A stretch of DNA of 64,000 bases. It comes from Protoeuglena noctilucae (Eukaryota). The stretch lies in the NCBI GenBank assembly GCA_958009085.1, contig OY253688.1, positions 434,001-498,000 on the forward strand, read 5' to 3'. The notes beneath the pieces were generated by a model, which was not told the origin of the DNA, did no database searches, and saw nothing but the letters and a program-made list of their open reading frames with translations. A program made the translations under genes and the position numbers. Below are positions 12,517-26,100 of the stretch, in pieces; position 1 is the stretch's first letter, and every line of letters starts with the position of its first letter.

Positions 12517-15500
12517 ATGGCGCTCGATTCCATCCTCAACGTGAACGTCGGTATCCTTGGTGACGTTCGCGCTGCACGGGCATGGGCATCATCTCCTCGC
12601 CGCCTCGAACCCACCGCCCTGCACGCTAGCTCGATCGCAGTCATTCCTGGATTCGCAGGGCACGTGGACAGCGGCAAGACGAGCCTGGTCGCAGCTCTTT
12701 CCACCCAGCTTTCGACGGCCGCGCTGGACAAGCACCCGGAGAGCAGGCGCAGGTGCGGGCAGGACGCTCTGGGCGAGGCACTTTGCAGCATCCCCGTGAC
12801 CGTGTTCCTCACCCGCTGCCACCGCGACGCTCCTGCAGGGGCATCACCCAGGACCTGGGCTTCTCTTCGTTCGTCACCGATGCGCCCGAACACGTCCGGG
12901 CCCGTGGCTATGGGCGGGTGCAGTTCACGCTGGTCGACTGCCCCGGCCACGCCACCCTCATAAGGCAGGCGGGCCACGCGCAGCTCAGATGCGGGCGCCG
13001 CACCTGACGGTGAAAACGCTATCCTTAATCCCGCTTCTTGTTTGCCCTGACTCAGGACCATCATCGGTGGGGCGCAAATCATCGACGTCATGGTTCTGGT
13101 TATTGACGCCACCAAGGGCATTCAAACGCAGGCGAGTCTGTGTTTCGCATTACACATTACGAGTGCTTTTTCATGCACCGCGCCACGTCACCTTCCTGCT
13201 ATGCTCACCCTGGCCTGCATTGCGACTTCCGCTGTTGCGCCACCCCGACCGGCACCGCCCACCCAGTGCCACTCCCCCTGCTCTTCCGGTGTCTCTCACA
13301 TGCATGTCTCCAAACACCAATATCTCCACATTCCGACACTCTTCACTCTCCCAGACGGCCGAGTGCCTCGTGGTGGGGGAGCTCACCGCTGAGTCGATGC
13401 TCGTGGTGTTGAACAAGGCGGACCTGTTCCCCGAATCAGAGCGAGAGCAGAAACTGGCTAAGCTCGAGAAGGGCATATCTGCCACCTTTGCCAAGACCAA
13501 GTTCGCGGGGTGTCCCATGGTGCGAGTATCGGCACGGCCGGGTGGGGGCGACAACACGGTGGGGTTCGATGGGTCCAGGGCTGTGGGGGTCGAGGCTGTG
13601 GTCGAGAAGCTGAGGGATTTCGTGCCGGGAGAGGCCAGGTGGGTGGGTGGACGGCAGGGTCGGTGGTGATGTATGCATGAGCCCTCACCTTGCTTTGCGT
13701 GGTGTTGGCTATGTGGTCGTGTTGGCTGGTTCATTGACTGGCAGCTTCGAGGCCGTGCATGCATCCATCAGCTTCGATGCGTATTCGTGCTGCGCGCAGG
13801 GACCAGTCGGGCGACTTCTGCATGGCTGTCGACCACTGCTTCGCCATCCGGGGCCAGGGCACGGTGATGACGGGGACCGTGTTGTCGGGGCGGGTGGCGG
13901 TGGGCGACGAGGTGGAGGAGCCAAGCAGGCGAGGACTGCGTGAAACAAAGCACGATGAGGAAGCACGAACCATCGAACATCGACGGGGTATTTTTGAGAG
14001 ACAAGTGCTACTTTTGGCATTGCGTGCAGAAAGGAGCGCTTCAAGGTCAAGAGCATGCAGATGTTCCGCAAGCCGGTGCAGCAAGCTGGCAAGGGCGACA
14101 GGTGACGCGAGCACAGGCTGTTGCTCCGTCAGGACTGGCAAGGCCAGACTGGCACGCAGTCACTGGCATCTATGACGACAGCAGATACCAGTGTCGATTG
14201 TCACTGCAGGGTGGGCGTGTGCGTGGCTGGCCTGGACCCAGCGGCTTTGGAGAGGGGCCTGGCGTGCACCCCTGGGTCCGTGCCCACCTTCACGAGGGCC
14301 GTCGCGGTGGTGGAGAAGATTCGATTCTACAAGGCAACCGTCGCGGTGAGTGGTTACGTCTTAGTGGGTGATTGTATAAAAACGCAATGGAGCTGCAGGC
14401 CCGGGGGCAGCTGGGCCTCCAGTGCAGTCCCAACTGTCGCTCATAATCTATTGCGCATAGTTAGAGTCAGAACTTCCCTCAGCACCACCTCCCCGCAGAG
14501 CAAGAGCAAGATGCACGTGACGATCGGCCACGCGACTGCGGTGGCGGACCTCCACTTCTTCGGCCTCCCAGACGAGGCAGAGCCGTGGTGGCTGACGTCC
14601 AAAGAGGCACCGGCGCAGGACGCGGGACGGCTGCGGAAGCGGGAGTACGCCAGGCCCGTCCAGGCGAGGGCCGCTGGGACGTGCTGTAGCTGGTGCGAAC
14701 GTGCTGCGTGCTGGCCCCTTGCAGCCTGGCTGCTCATGCAGGTCGTCCCGCCACCATCAAAGGCGATACTAACACAACGGTATTCGAGATACTCTCATAT
14801 TTCCTTGCAGATGGAATCTGAGGAGTATCTCCACCAGGACGAGCTCTATGGCCCCGAGGGCCGCCCCGGCGCAGAGCCGACCTCATCCGTTCAAAGCGAC
14901 ATGCCAGAGCTGGGTGTCACTTACCGTGGGCCCCAGTGGGTGCTGATGCAGTTCGAGCACCCAGTGACGGCGCCCAGGGACTCTGTTGTGATCGGGTCAC
15001 GGGTGAGTGGTGGTTCAGGGAATAGCGCTAGCGCTATCCAAAATGTTCATAGTGCTACTGCGTAGTGCTATCTATGTGGGCGTTTCCACATCATTGACAT
15101 GAGGTCCCTATCCATTCTCCTTTCGTCCATCTTTGCAGCTGGACATGGATGCGCAGACGTCCACGTGTCGACTGGGCTGGTACGGCCGCATCGTGCATGT
15201 GGTGGACGACAGGGACCCGGGGGCACTGCAGCGGCTGCGGGTGTTCAAGGTGGGAGGCTCTGTGGCTGTGGTGGATGGGGCTGGTGTTGATGATGGGTGC
15301 GTATTTGGATGAGACTATGAGACGGGGGTTCACGGCAATGGTGGCTGGGGTTACTTAGCCGAAAATCAATGCTTGTAACAGCATCGGATATGCCAATTGT
15401 TACATTCAACTTTCAAATCGCCTCACACGCAGTGGAAGCGGCGGGAGGGGTCGGTGGAGCGAGTGGAGGCGGACGGCCGCACGGCGATATGCAAGGGGAT

Positions 15501-16022
15501 GTTCAAGAAAGAGACCAACCTGGCGCTGTTACAGGTAACAGTGGTGGATGGTTAATGATGGTTGGGTGGATGGATGGATGGTGTGATGTGATGTGCAAGG
15601 GGTTGCTGCAGGAGGGGTCGGAACACATAAGGATGCTGAACAGACCCAGACTGTGCTATGCGTGGCAGTGTATTGTTTGACTTTGGCAACGTGGTTTGCA
15701 ATGCCCAAGCCTCTTACAATGCGCACACAGGGCATGCGCGTGACGTGCCGGGGGAAGGAGGGGAGGATCGAGGGGCCGTTCGGCAAGTCCGGGAAATTCA
15801 AAGTCTACTTCAAGGACGGTGGGATCGAACGTGAGGCATGTGGCGTGATCCTTGAAACAGCAGAGTGTATGGAGATGAATATATATGTATGATGGCGCGG
15901 CATGAGCGAGCGTGTGCAAAGGCCGCGACGGGTTTCGTGCTTTGCCCGCAGCCGACGACGTGCTGGAGCTGCGTTTCAAGAAGTTCGTGTTTTCTGGCGA
16001 CAAGAAGGAGATGCTGCAGTGA
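12517..16022 (+). CDS. EEFSEC: Selenocysteine-specific elongation factor eEFSec (SelB), ~14 exons
   Basis: NVNVGILGHVDSGKTSL...STAALDKHPESRRRGITQDLGFS, TLVDCPGH, IIGGAQIID, GIQTQTAECL, DHCFAIRGQGTVMTGT, KVKSMQMF, GRIEGPFGKSGKFKV, LRFKKFVF. TGA at 16020-16022. Confidence 0.95.
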
Positions 16023-17107
16023 CACTGACCCGATCACTGACTGTGGCATGGGTGGCAGCGGCCCATATGCCGCTCGGGTGCAGATGGCTGTTCGAATGGC
16101 ACAGCTCTGTGACACAGCTCTTATACAGCTCTCATACAGCTATTCCTGGCAACTCCTGCCTTCGTTCTGTTTTCCAACGCACTCTTTCAACAGGGAAACG
16201 TGGGAGTGCAGCACGCGAGTGCCAAGAGCAGTCAAACGGTGACAGTCGAGTCGCCTGGGCTTCTTCCCCTATGTCATCGTAAGCAGTCAAGGAACGCCCA
16301 ACTAATGCGGTCTCAGGTAGGGGTGCACCAAGGGTCCCCTATCGCCACCGCCCTGATATAGACAAGACGTAGTTGGTCAGGGACTGGTGAAAGGGGCTTG
16401 CACTGGCGTGGACAAGCCGTAAATATCATGGCAAGTCGCATGTTGCACGTGAGGTGGGCGCTGCGGTGCAAGGACAGCGCCCCAAACGGAATTGATGGCA
16501 AAGGGGCGATGGGGAAGGCAAGGGTGCGTGCGATGGGGAGGGCAAGGGTGTATTGCGAAAGACGGTTGGCAAAAGGCGCGGCGGGGAATGCTAGGAAGGG
16601 GCGTGGATGCTGTTAGAAAAGCCTCAAAGCCTCTCTCTGCAACTGGCAAAGGGCGGCGACGGGAACAACACAGAAACGGTGCGTGTTGTTGTTTCTCCAC
16701 AATAACACTCTGCTGTCTGCAGGGGTGTGCCCCGGGAATGACAGCGCTCTCACGAAACAACACAGCCGCGGTGCGGGGAATGGAAATGATGAGATGAGCG
16801 GTGGGCGGTGAAGGGCGGGCGGATGCGGGGGTGGGTGCGGCCAGGGGCGGTTGCGCTTGCAACTGCAATGCACAACCCCGGCTTGCGGGGTGAGACGCAA
16901 GCAGGCGTGCGATCCCTAACCCAAAGCTGCTGCGAGCCAGTTGTGCAGGTGCCGTGGCCCGTGGGCCGCTGGCTCCTTGGCTCGTCAGTAGGTGAGCTTG
17001 TAAGTTGTTGGCTCGTCGTACTTCTCGTGTAGTAGGTGCGCGTGCTCATGGGTCGTTGGCTTGTCGTGCTCGTCGTGTAGTTGGCTTGTGATGTAGTCAC
17101 CAGGTCA

Positions 17108-20100
17108 TCAGTATGTGAGCGTCCTGTTGTTGAAGTCCCGTGCGGCCTGGACCAGCTGGGCGAATCGGCTCTTGGGCTCCGCGGCGAGCTTCTTCGGGTT
17201 GCCGCTCTCCACCACTCGGCCACCGTCCATCAGGAGCAGGCCGTCGCTGTCCATCACCAGGCCCAGCCTGCGGGGTGGGGGTGCATGATGGAGGATGAGA
17301 ATGGCACATGTTGGCAGAGGATGAGGATGGCATGCTGGTTTACCAAACATGGCATTGCCGAGCCTGGGAAGCAGCGCATGGGGCTTGGCACAGCAACACG
17401 CTACGCTTCATAACGCCACGCACCGATGTGCGACTAGGAGCATAGTGTATCTGAACACAGCAATGGACTCACCGGTGTGCGACCTGGAGCGTCACATGCT
17501 AAACGCAATACACACACTCACCGGTGCGCGACTTGGAGCACGGTGCATCCCGACAGCACTCGCTGGGTCATGACCTGCATGGCACCGGCAGTCACGGGAT
17601 CCATGCCACTCGTGCTCTCGTCCAAAAGCACGATCCGGGGGCGGCGGAGGAGCACGCGCGCCAAGCCCAGCTGCTGCTGCTGGCCCTGCGGAGAGGCGAA
17701 AGTGGGACGGTGAAATGGTGGAAAGGCGAAGGTGGGCATGGGCGGGAGCGAAGCCTCGACGCACGGTGTGGTTGCTACGTAGTTGCTGCGGCAGAATACA
17801 TGAGGATGAACGGAGGCACACCAATCACACAGACGCAGACATCGACCATGGCTGGTACACGTCACACAGCAGCAGCCTTGCCCTCTCCCAGCTCCCTCGC
17901 CTGGCTGAGGCTGCGAAGGTCGACCGTCGAATCGAGGACCGCCCGCATGGCGTCCATGTCCTGCTGAGACCCCGTGAAGTCGGTGGGGTTGAGGGCAAAC
18001 ATGCTCGTGGGGAGGGCAAAGTCGTGGCGGGCGGGGAGCATCCGAGGGCCAAGGAAGGGGGCGTTCCTGCAATAATGAGCGACAGCATGTGGGTTTAGCG
18101 ATACTAGTTAAGTGATACTAGAGCTGGCTCTGCATGCGGCTGTGCGACTCCCTGCGTACCTACCCCATGCTAGTACACTTCGCCCCGTGAGCCCCGTGCG
18201 TGTGTGTGCAGCTCTACAGCACCAAGCACTCATGCCATCCCACCCCCGCCCTCACCTGGGCCGCGGCGTGCGTGTGCGCATGAGCTGCCGTGCCGCCCCC
18301 TGGGGCGCCGGCTGCGACTGACCCTCAAACACGTCCACCGGCAGCGCGGCCTGCGCGAGCCGGTCCCACAGCTGCACCGCCTTCAGCACCTCCACCAGCT
18401 CGGCGTCCGGGAATCGTCCCTCCGGGTCCAGGTTGTCCCTCACGGGGCCCTCAATCACCACCGGCGACTGCACGACCGTGCCCACGTAGGTTCGCAGATC
18501 AGTCAGGTCGATGGACCTGGCATCCTCGCCCATGATGCGCACCACCCCTCGCTCGGGCGAGTAGAGCCGCAGCACGACGCCAAAGACGCTGCTCTTGCCG
18601 GCGCCCGTGCGGCCGATGATGGCCAGCTTGCTGCCCCGGGGGACCTCGAAGGAAAGGCCCGCGAGCGCCCAGGGGCTGCGGGGCGAGTAGCGCAGCCACA
18701 CGTCCTCGAAAGCCACGTGCGAGGGGTTGGGCGCGGGGAGGCTGGCAGCCAGGGGCGGCGGCCGGGGCGCCTGGGTCGGGGACCCCGGGCCGCGGATCGC
18801 GCGCCGCACCCAGCCGCGCTCGCGCTGGCCCGGCGGGGGGATGCGCAGGGCCGCGCCGGTGACGGTGGAGTGGCTGGACGTGCGCGACATGCTGCGGGGC
18901 GACGGGGCGAGCTGGAGTGTTAGTCAGATGATCGGATGATGGCAGGTGATAGCATTGCTTAGGGCGCACGCTCGCTGTGATGCAGTTCGTTGGGGCGGCG
19001 TGTCCTGTGGGGCTGCCAGGGGTCAGAAGCTCTGACCATGGCTTAGCCTGAGTCAGCGTGCGCGTCTCTCACCCCGCCAACGTGGACGTGCGCGACAGCG
19101 CGCCCCTCTCCTGCGTCTGGCAGCAGCAGGCGTCGAAGAGTCCAGCCCCGCAGGCACGCAGGACCGACCGCAGACTGCACCAGGCCACTGCAGAGGGGAG
19201 GGTGGGTCAGAATGGGTCAGTTGATTGCTATGATCGATCACAGGGCGGCGTGGTACCCGAGGGGTGGGGGGCAGGGCAGGGGATCTGCGAGGAGAGTTCC
19301 GTCTCGGCAGGGCGACACGCGGTCTCTGGCACAACAAACCAACAGCGGCGTCGGAACGGCGTCGGAACACGCCTGGCAGCGCGGCTCTCACTTCGGCAGG
19401 GGAGGGTGAGGAGCCGGGTGATGCGAGAGAGGACGAGGCTTGCGAGGGAGCGCAGCGTGACGTCAGCAGGGACGGCGGCGCCAATCACGTCCTCGAGGAG
19501 GGTGCCTGCCTGGGCGCCCATCGCCTGGCGCATCTGAGAGGGGGAGCGGTGCGGAGCAGGGTGGGTGTTAGTGAGGGCGGTGGGGGCGGTGAGGACGAAT
19601 GAGGGTGGTGAGCATGAGCGAGGGTGGCCAACAGCCCACCCACAGTCACCCATCTATTCTCTCATCTAGTCCCTCACCTGCACATCCAGCACCCTCCTCA
19701 TCACCAGCCACCCATCCATTCCCCCATCTACTCCCCCATCTCTTCCCCACATCTTCACCTGCACCTCCAGCACCCTCCTCGTCTCCCCATCTTCTTCCTT
19801 GGCCCCCTGCGCCACGAACTGCTTGACGCGCTCCACGGACACCAAGTCGGTCTCCGCCTCTGCCGACGACGTTAACATGGCGTGCAGGGTACCCGTGATG
19901 GGCAGCGCGTACGTCAGGCACAGGCCCAGCAGGCCCGACTCGGACTGGGCCTGCGGGTAAGGGTGAAGGAGGGGCATGGTGGCGGAGTGACATATCAAGA
20001 CACCTCAGCTTGGGCCTGCGGAAGGGTAAAAAGGAGGGGCACTGGTTGTGGAGGGACATATGAAGTATCTAGACACCTAATCCCTTGCAACGTGTATGAT

Positions 20101-23100
20101 GCTGCCCATCTCTCGCTCGCCCTCACCCTCACCTCGTCGCATGACACAAACCACATGCACCGTTTCGCCCACCCGTCTTTCCATCACCCCCTCACCTCGT
20201 CCTGAGACTCACATGCACTGATTCACACACATCTCTCCCTCCCCTCGCCCTCTCACCTCGTCCTGAGACTCCGGGATGTACTTGGCGTGGGCCAACACAG
20301 CCACCACGGCAATCACCGTGACCACCGCGGACGCCAACAGCTGCAGCCGCACGGCCAGCCACTGCGACGACATGACGGCCGTTACTGCGGCGCGGGTGGT
20401 CGTGGCGACCGCGCGCCGTGCCTCTTCCATGAACTGACCCTGCATGCCCAGGGCGCGCACGTCCGTGCCGCCCTTGACCACGTCTGCGTGAGTGGGGAGG
20501 GGAAGGGGCGGTGCTCATGACTCATAGCGCTAATGACCTCTGCTAGCGTGGCGACAGGTTAAGATACATGTGGCCTGCCAACACCGTCGTCCCCTAGCAT
20601 CGTCGGTGGCATAAGTGGCATGATGACCTCTAATAGTTCTACTCATCTAACTCGCTCCCTTTCTACCGTCCCAGTCGTCACCTGTGAAGAGCGCGTAGAG
20701 GGGCGTGCGCACGACGGCGTCCAACCTGCGGATCTCCCTGCTCCCCGCCCGGTAGAACCTCGAGATGGTCATGTACGCCACGGCGAGGGGCGGGAGGCCA
20801 GACAGCAACAGGGGCTGCGTCATGCACAGCACCACGAACGACCCCGCGAGCCCCGCCGCGTTGGCGAGGAGGATGTTGAGAATAAACGGCAACTGGTCGT
20901 CGATGATAGCCATGTCGGACGCGAACCGGTTGATGACGAGGCCGGCGCCGGTGCGGTCGAAGAACGCCGCGGGAGCGACCAGCAGCGTGCGGAGCATCGT
21001 GCCGTGGACGGTCCAGGCCGCGCGCAGTGCGCCGCTGGCAAAACTGAAGCTCCTGGCGAGCGTGAGGGCCACGTTGGCGGCGGAGAGCACCAGGACGCCC
21101 CTCAGCCAAAAGCGCAGCGGGTGGGAGTCCTCTTGGGTGACCCAGAAAGAGAACCAGAGGTCGGCCATGTTGCGTGAGGCCTGCATCAGGACCAGGAAGG
21201 CCAGGATTGCCTGCGGGGGGGAGCAGAGGGGAGCGGGAGGTAATTGGTTAGCGAGAGTGGGAGGGGATTGGGAGGGTAAGTGGCTGTCGTAAGGGGCGGT
21301 GGTGGCGTGGTGGTGAGGCAGGTGCCATCACACAGCGCAGGTGCTGAGACATGAAAGCCGCCAAACATCTACATATGCCATTTGATGCTGCCTCTGTCCT
21401 CACCAGCGTCAATGCGGGCCCTGCGGCCATGGCGTAGAAGGCCACCACCTCGCGCCTCACGCGCCCCACCTCCCGCTCCTCCTCCACCTGCGCAGCGATA
21501 GGATGAAATTGGCAATCATGGTAATTAATGATTGGTTGAAGCAATGGATGACTGTATCACATGCACCGACTTCATGGTTGTTTAGAAAGATACATGACCG
21601 CATTCACACGCACGTACACAACCAAGCACCGCCTCCCGCGCGCCGCCTCACCTCCTGCTCCTGCCTCGCCACGGCGTCGGCGCCCCCCACTTCCACCGCG
21701 AACGGCCGACCGCCCACCGCGCCCTCCGCCCCGCTCTCCGCCGCCGTCGCCCGACCCCGGCTGCTCTCGCCCGCTCCCTCGCCCGAGCTGCTGACGCCAG
21801 AGGACCTGCGGTCGACTCTGTCCAGCCCCACCTGCGGCGTCTCGTCAGGCGCATCGACTGCCGCCCCTGCCCCGACCGCCCCAGATGCAGCGCTGGGTGC
21901 ATCCGCGCCACCCTCGGGCCCCTGCAGCTCTGCGGGGGTCGCCATGCCCGGCGTCCGCGCAGCCGCGGGCGTCGTCTGCGGCTCCGGAGCCGTCGCGACG
22001 CACTGTCGTCGGGAGGGGGTGTCGGGGACTTCGGACGTCCCTGCCGTGCTATCTGCCACGCTCTCTGGCATGCTCCCTGCGTGGGGCGATGAAAGTGCTT
22101 ACCACAGGTACATGCATATCAAAACAATCATAGAACAACCAAGTGCTGAGCCCCGCATCGTGGCTCACCGGCCTCCTTGAGCCCCTCGGTGCGGTCGTCG
22201 CCGCGGCGCCCATCGGGCGTGGCGTCGACGGGGGTGCTCACAGAGGCCTCTCTGCTGGCATCTGCGTCCGCTCCTGCCTCTGCGCCTGTCCCTGTGCCCG
22301 CATCTCCGCCTCCATTGGCTCCCACGCCTGTGCCTGTAGGCCCTGCCTCTGTGCCCGCATCGGCCCCCGCACCCGCGTCGTCACTGGGGGACGCCAGCCG
22401 TGCCTTGTACCCCGCCTTGAGCGCCGCCTGCCGGGCCTTGTCCTCAAACGTAGACGAGCGCATGTCGCTGGGGTGAGGGAGCGGGAGGGAGGAGCCCGGT
22501 CATGCTATGGTCGGTCAAATGTAGATGGCAGAAAAAGAGGCTGTGTGTTGAAAGCAAGTCATGATATCGGTGACGTGAGGTGATGTGAGCGTCAGGCTGG
22601 GTGAGTAAGTTTTCAAATGAGTTCAGGCCTAGCATGATGAGCCACTCCCACGCCGCCCTCTCACCTCTGCACCGACCCGTCCGGCGCCCGCACCACACCA
22701 GACACTGAATAGATGGACTGCTGACGGCCGAGGGACCGAGAGGGAGGCAGAGGTGCGGCAGCGTCGTCATTGTTTGCCGGGGAAGGCTGGCTGCTAGCCG
22801 CTGTGAGGGGAAGGAAGCGATGACACGCGGATCGCTGTACGCTCCGTGACACAAGTGAAAGCACTTAGCCAACTGACGTGATGCATCCAGCCATGGCATA
22901 CAATGTACACTTTGCAAACACCCTCTCACCCTCCGTCGGCACGGCCGATGCTTGGCCCATCGCGCTGCCGGGCTTCGCACTTCCCACCGGCTTTGCTTGC
23001 GGCGGGGCATTTAGGTCCAAAAACGGCACGTCCATCTCCCGCAGGCGGGGGTACTTGCGAAGGCGCAGGCACTGCGAGGGTGGGCGAGCACAGAGCCTCG

Positions 23101-26100
23101 TGGTCCAATTTGGCTTGCACGCACTCTCTGTCGATGCAATGGTCGTCTATGCACCATGCCTAGTCTCCATCATAGTACTATGTATGGATCACATGAATGG
23201 TTCACCCTGTCCCTCACCTCCAGTTCCTTGGTCAGATTCCTGGCCGCCGCTTTACGTTGCGCGGCGCCGAGCGGGGGCGAGGCCGTACGGTCACCCAGCC
23301 ATGGCGCCCCAGGCAGGCCGTCGCCCGCCCAGAATCGCCAGGCGCCGTTCGCGTCCGCAAAAGACATCGGGGCGCCGCCCATGGGACTCGAACCCTCGAC
23401 TAAGACGGACGACATGTCGGGGGCCGTCTGCGGGACAGGACACGAGCTGCCCTGGTGCTAACAACAGCAGCAGCCATGCTCGGCGCCCTGGGTACCTAGC
23501 CAGCTCGATCGCGGTACCATTGTTTGACCGATAGCACGGATGACACGCCCACGCTCAGTCAGCACGTGTAACATCTACACGCGTGATGAGCGCACGAACA
23601 ATAAGCCATCCCTACGCTCACCGCGGGCGGCGATGCTCCGGTGGAGAAGTCGAAGGTCGCCTGGCGGTTGCGCGCGCCCCGAATGACGTTCACGACGCGC
23701 CCCTCCGCCATCTCCAGCACCAGGTCGGCGCGCGAGCGGGGCTGCATGCTGTGCGCCACCACCACCACCGCCTTGCCCAGGGACCGCAGGCGGAGGATGG
23801 CCCGCTCAAAGACCCATGCAGCCACGTGCGCGTCCAGGGAGCCTGCGGGGGCGAGCGGGAGGCGGGAGGAGGGATGTCATGGGACATCCAGGGAAGGCGA
23901 ATGGTCCGTGATGCGACGACCATGGCTTGGCCAACGCAGCAAAGTCTAAATCGTGGCAAGACTGATTGCATCGGTCTCGGTAATCAAAGCAGTGATCTCA
24001 CCGAGGATGTCGTCGATGAGGAAGACGTCTGAGTTGGCGTACAGCGCCCTGGCCAGAGCCAAGCGGCGCTTCTGCCCACCGCTCAGCGTGATGCCCCGCT
24101 CGCCCACGTACGTCAAGTCACCCTCAGCGAACTGCTCCAAGTCTGCGAGAGGATTAGGAAGGGGGCTGCACTTTGTGGTACTATGTATTGCACGTCTCCA
24201 CCACGCCTCGTAAGGCCAAGGGGCACATCTCAGCACTCCATCGCACATACCTTTACTCCCCATCACTCCTTATCGCCCCATCACTCACGCCAGTCCAAAG
24301 CTCACCCCCCCACATTCCATCATTCATGTCTTCACTCCCCATCACCCCCAGTCACTCCCCTTACTCCCTAGTAAACTCACCTCGGTCCAAGGCGCACCCC
24401 TCCAGCGCCATCGCGTACAAGTCCCGGTCCATGGGCCTCCCGCACGTGATGTTGTCCCTCACGGTGCCCCTCCGCAGCCACGGGTCACTCGACACGAATC
24501 CCACCGACCCACGCACGGCCACCTCTCCCTCCAGAACACGCATCTCGCCCAGCAGCGCCAACAGCAGCGACGACTTGCCGCTGCCCGTCGGACCGCTCAC
24601 CACCACCAAGCTGCCAGGGTATGCGGCGAAATCGACACCCCGCAGCTCCCACGCCTGTGGCGCGGACCCCACCGAGGCTCCCGTATGTGCCAACCCGCCC
24701 ATGCTGTCGTCTCCCATGTGGGACGCCCTTCCTGCCGTGCGAGGGGCAGCGAGGGGCGGCTCGACATGCGATGGCTAGCGCTTTTTATCGTAGCAAAGTG
24801 AAAGGTGTGATAAGCGAAAACAGCGTACGCGCTTGCGTGTGCGTACCCGCCCCGCACTCACACGCCACAATCACGCTCAACCCCACCCACAAACCCCTCA
24901 CCTGCCCGGTTCTGCAGCGACGCTGACGGCAGCGACGCCGCCCACGTGAACGACGCTCCCCTTGCCACCACCGCCGGAGCAATCCCCACGTCCCCACCCC
25001 ACCAATGCGACTCCGGCCCTATCCCCGCCCCCGCCCCCGCCCCCGCCGCCACCCCCGCACCCTCCCCCACATCCAGTCGCAGATCGAATCCCGCGACCCG
25101 CCTTCGCGAAAAGGCGGCGTCGTCCCGCCCGGGCACTTCCCGCGCAAAGCTCGACCGCGCCCCCGTCGCTGACCTCGCCAGCGTGCTAGGAGGAGGATCG
25201 AACTCTGTCACGCTCGCCGTGCTGCTGCCGGTGGGCCGCCCGGGCTGCCGGGGCACGCTGAGGCTGCCGCGGTGGGCGAGGGCCGCGTCCCGTGCCTCTG
25301 GGAGGTGCTGCTCAGGGAAGAGCGCCTCGCGCAGTGCTGCGCCGCTGCCGTCGACGCGAACGCGGCCGTCAGGCCACCCCAGCGCCGCGCCGACCGCGCA
25401 TGCCGCGTCCTTCTCCGCCTGGGTGCCATCCGCCCACGCACCCATGGTTTCTGGCAGCTCGAGGAACGCCCTCAGTCGTGCCAGTGACACACGCGCCTCC
25501 ATCAGCCCCGTGACGACCCACGGGAGGGCGTTGATCGAGTGGATGAGCACGTTGAAGAGAGACATGGAGGTGAAGACGGCCGTGGACGTGATGCGGTACC
25601 CTAGTAGGGCGTAGACGGTGAACGTGCACGTGGCGAACAGGAGACTGGCGGCCGCCCAAAAGAAGACGCAAAGGGCGTCGAGATACTTGCGGACAGCCAG
25701 CTCACGCATCTCACGCCGGCGGTGCTCGCTGACTGCGGGGGGAAGGCAGTGGGGTGGCAGTGATGCGGGCGGGGTGCACGACAACCATAGTCCCAGCCCA
25801 TGATGCAGATACCTCAAGGCCGGGACCGGCCGCAAGACATGTCATTATATGCCGCACCTCCACACCTACTAGTAAATACCAGTAACTCACCTTTGGCGCC
25901 CGCGAGCCCTTCCCACCCCAGCATCTTGAGCTGCTTGATGTTGAGGATGATGGTCTGCAGGAGCCCGATGCGGCGCTCCTTGGCGGCGAGCATGCGGAGA
26001 CTGGCGCGCTGAATGGCGAGGGCGAGCCAGCGGTTGGCAGGGACCACGACCAGCATGACGCCCAGGCCCGCCAGGAAGCTCCACCGCAGTTGGGTGTAGA

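Noticed and set aside
14334..15836. Further GC donors in eEFSec at 14334 and ~15836
   Set aside because: Nearby canonical GTGAG donors (14347, 15831) give better in-frame joins, so they were not counted.
12517..16022. Selenoprotein cluster around eEFSec
   Set aside because: No in-frame UGA or recognisable SECIS was found in the neighbouring gene models.
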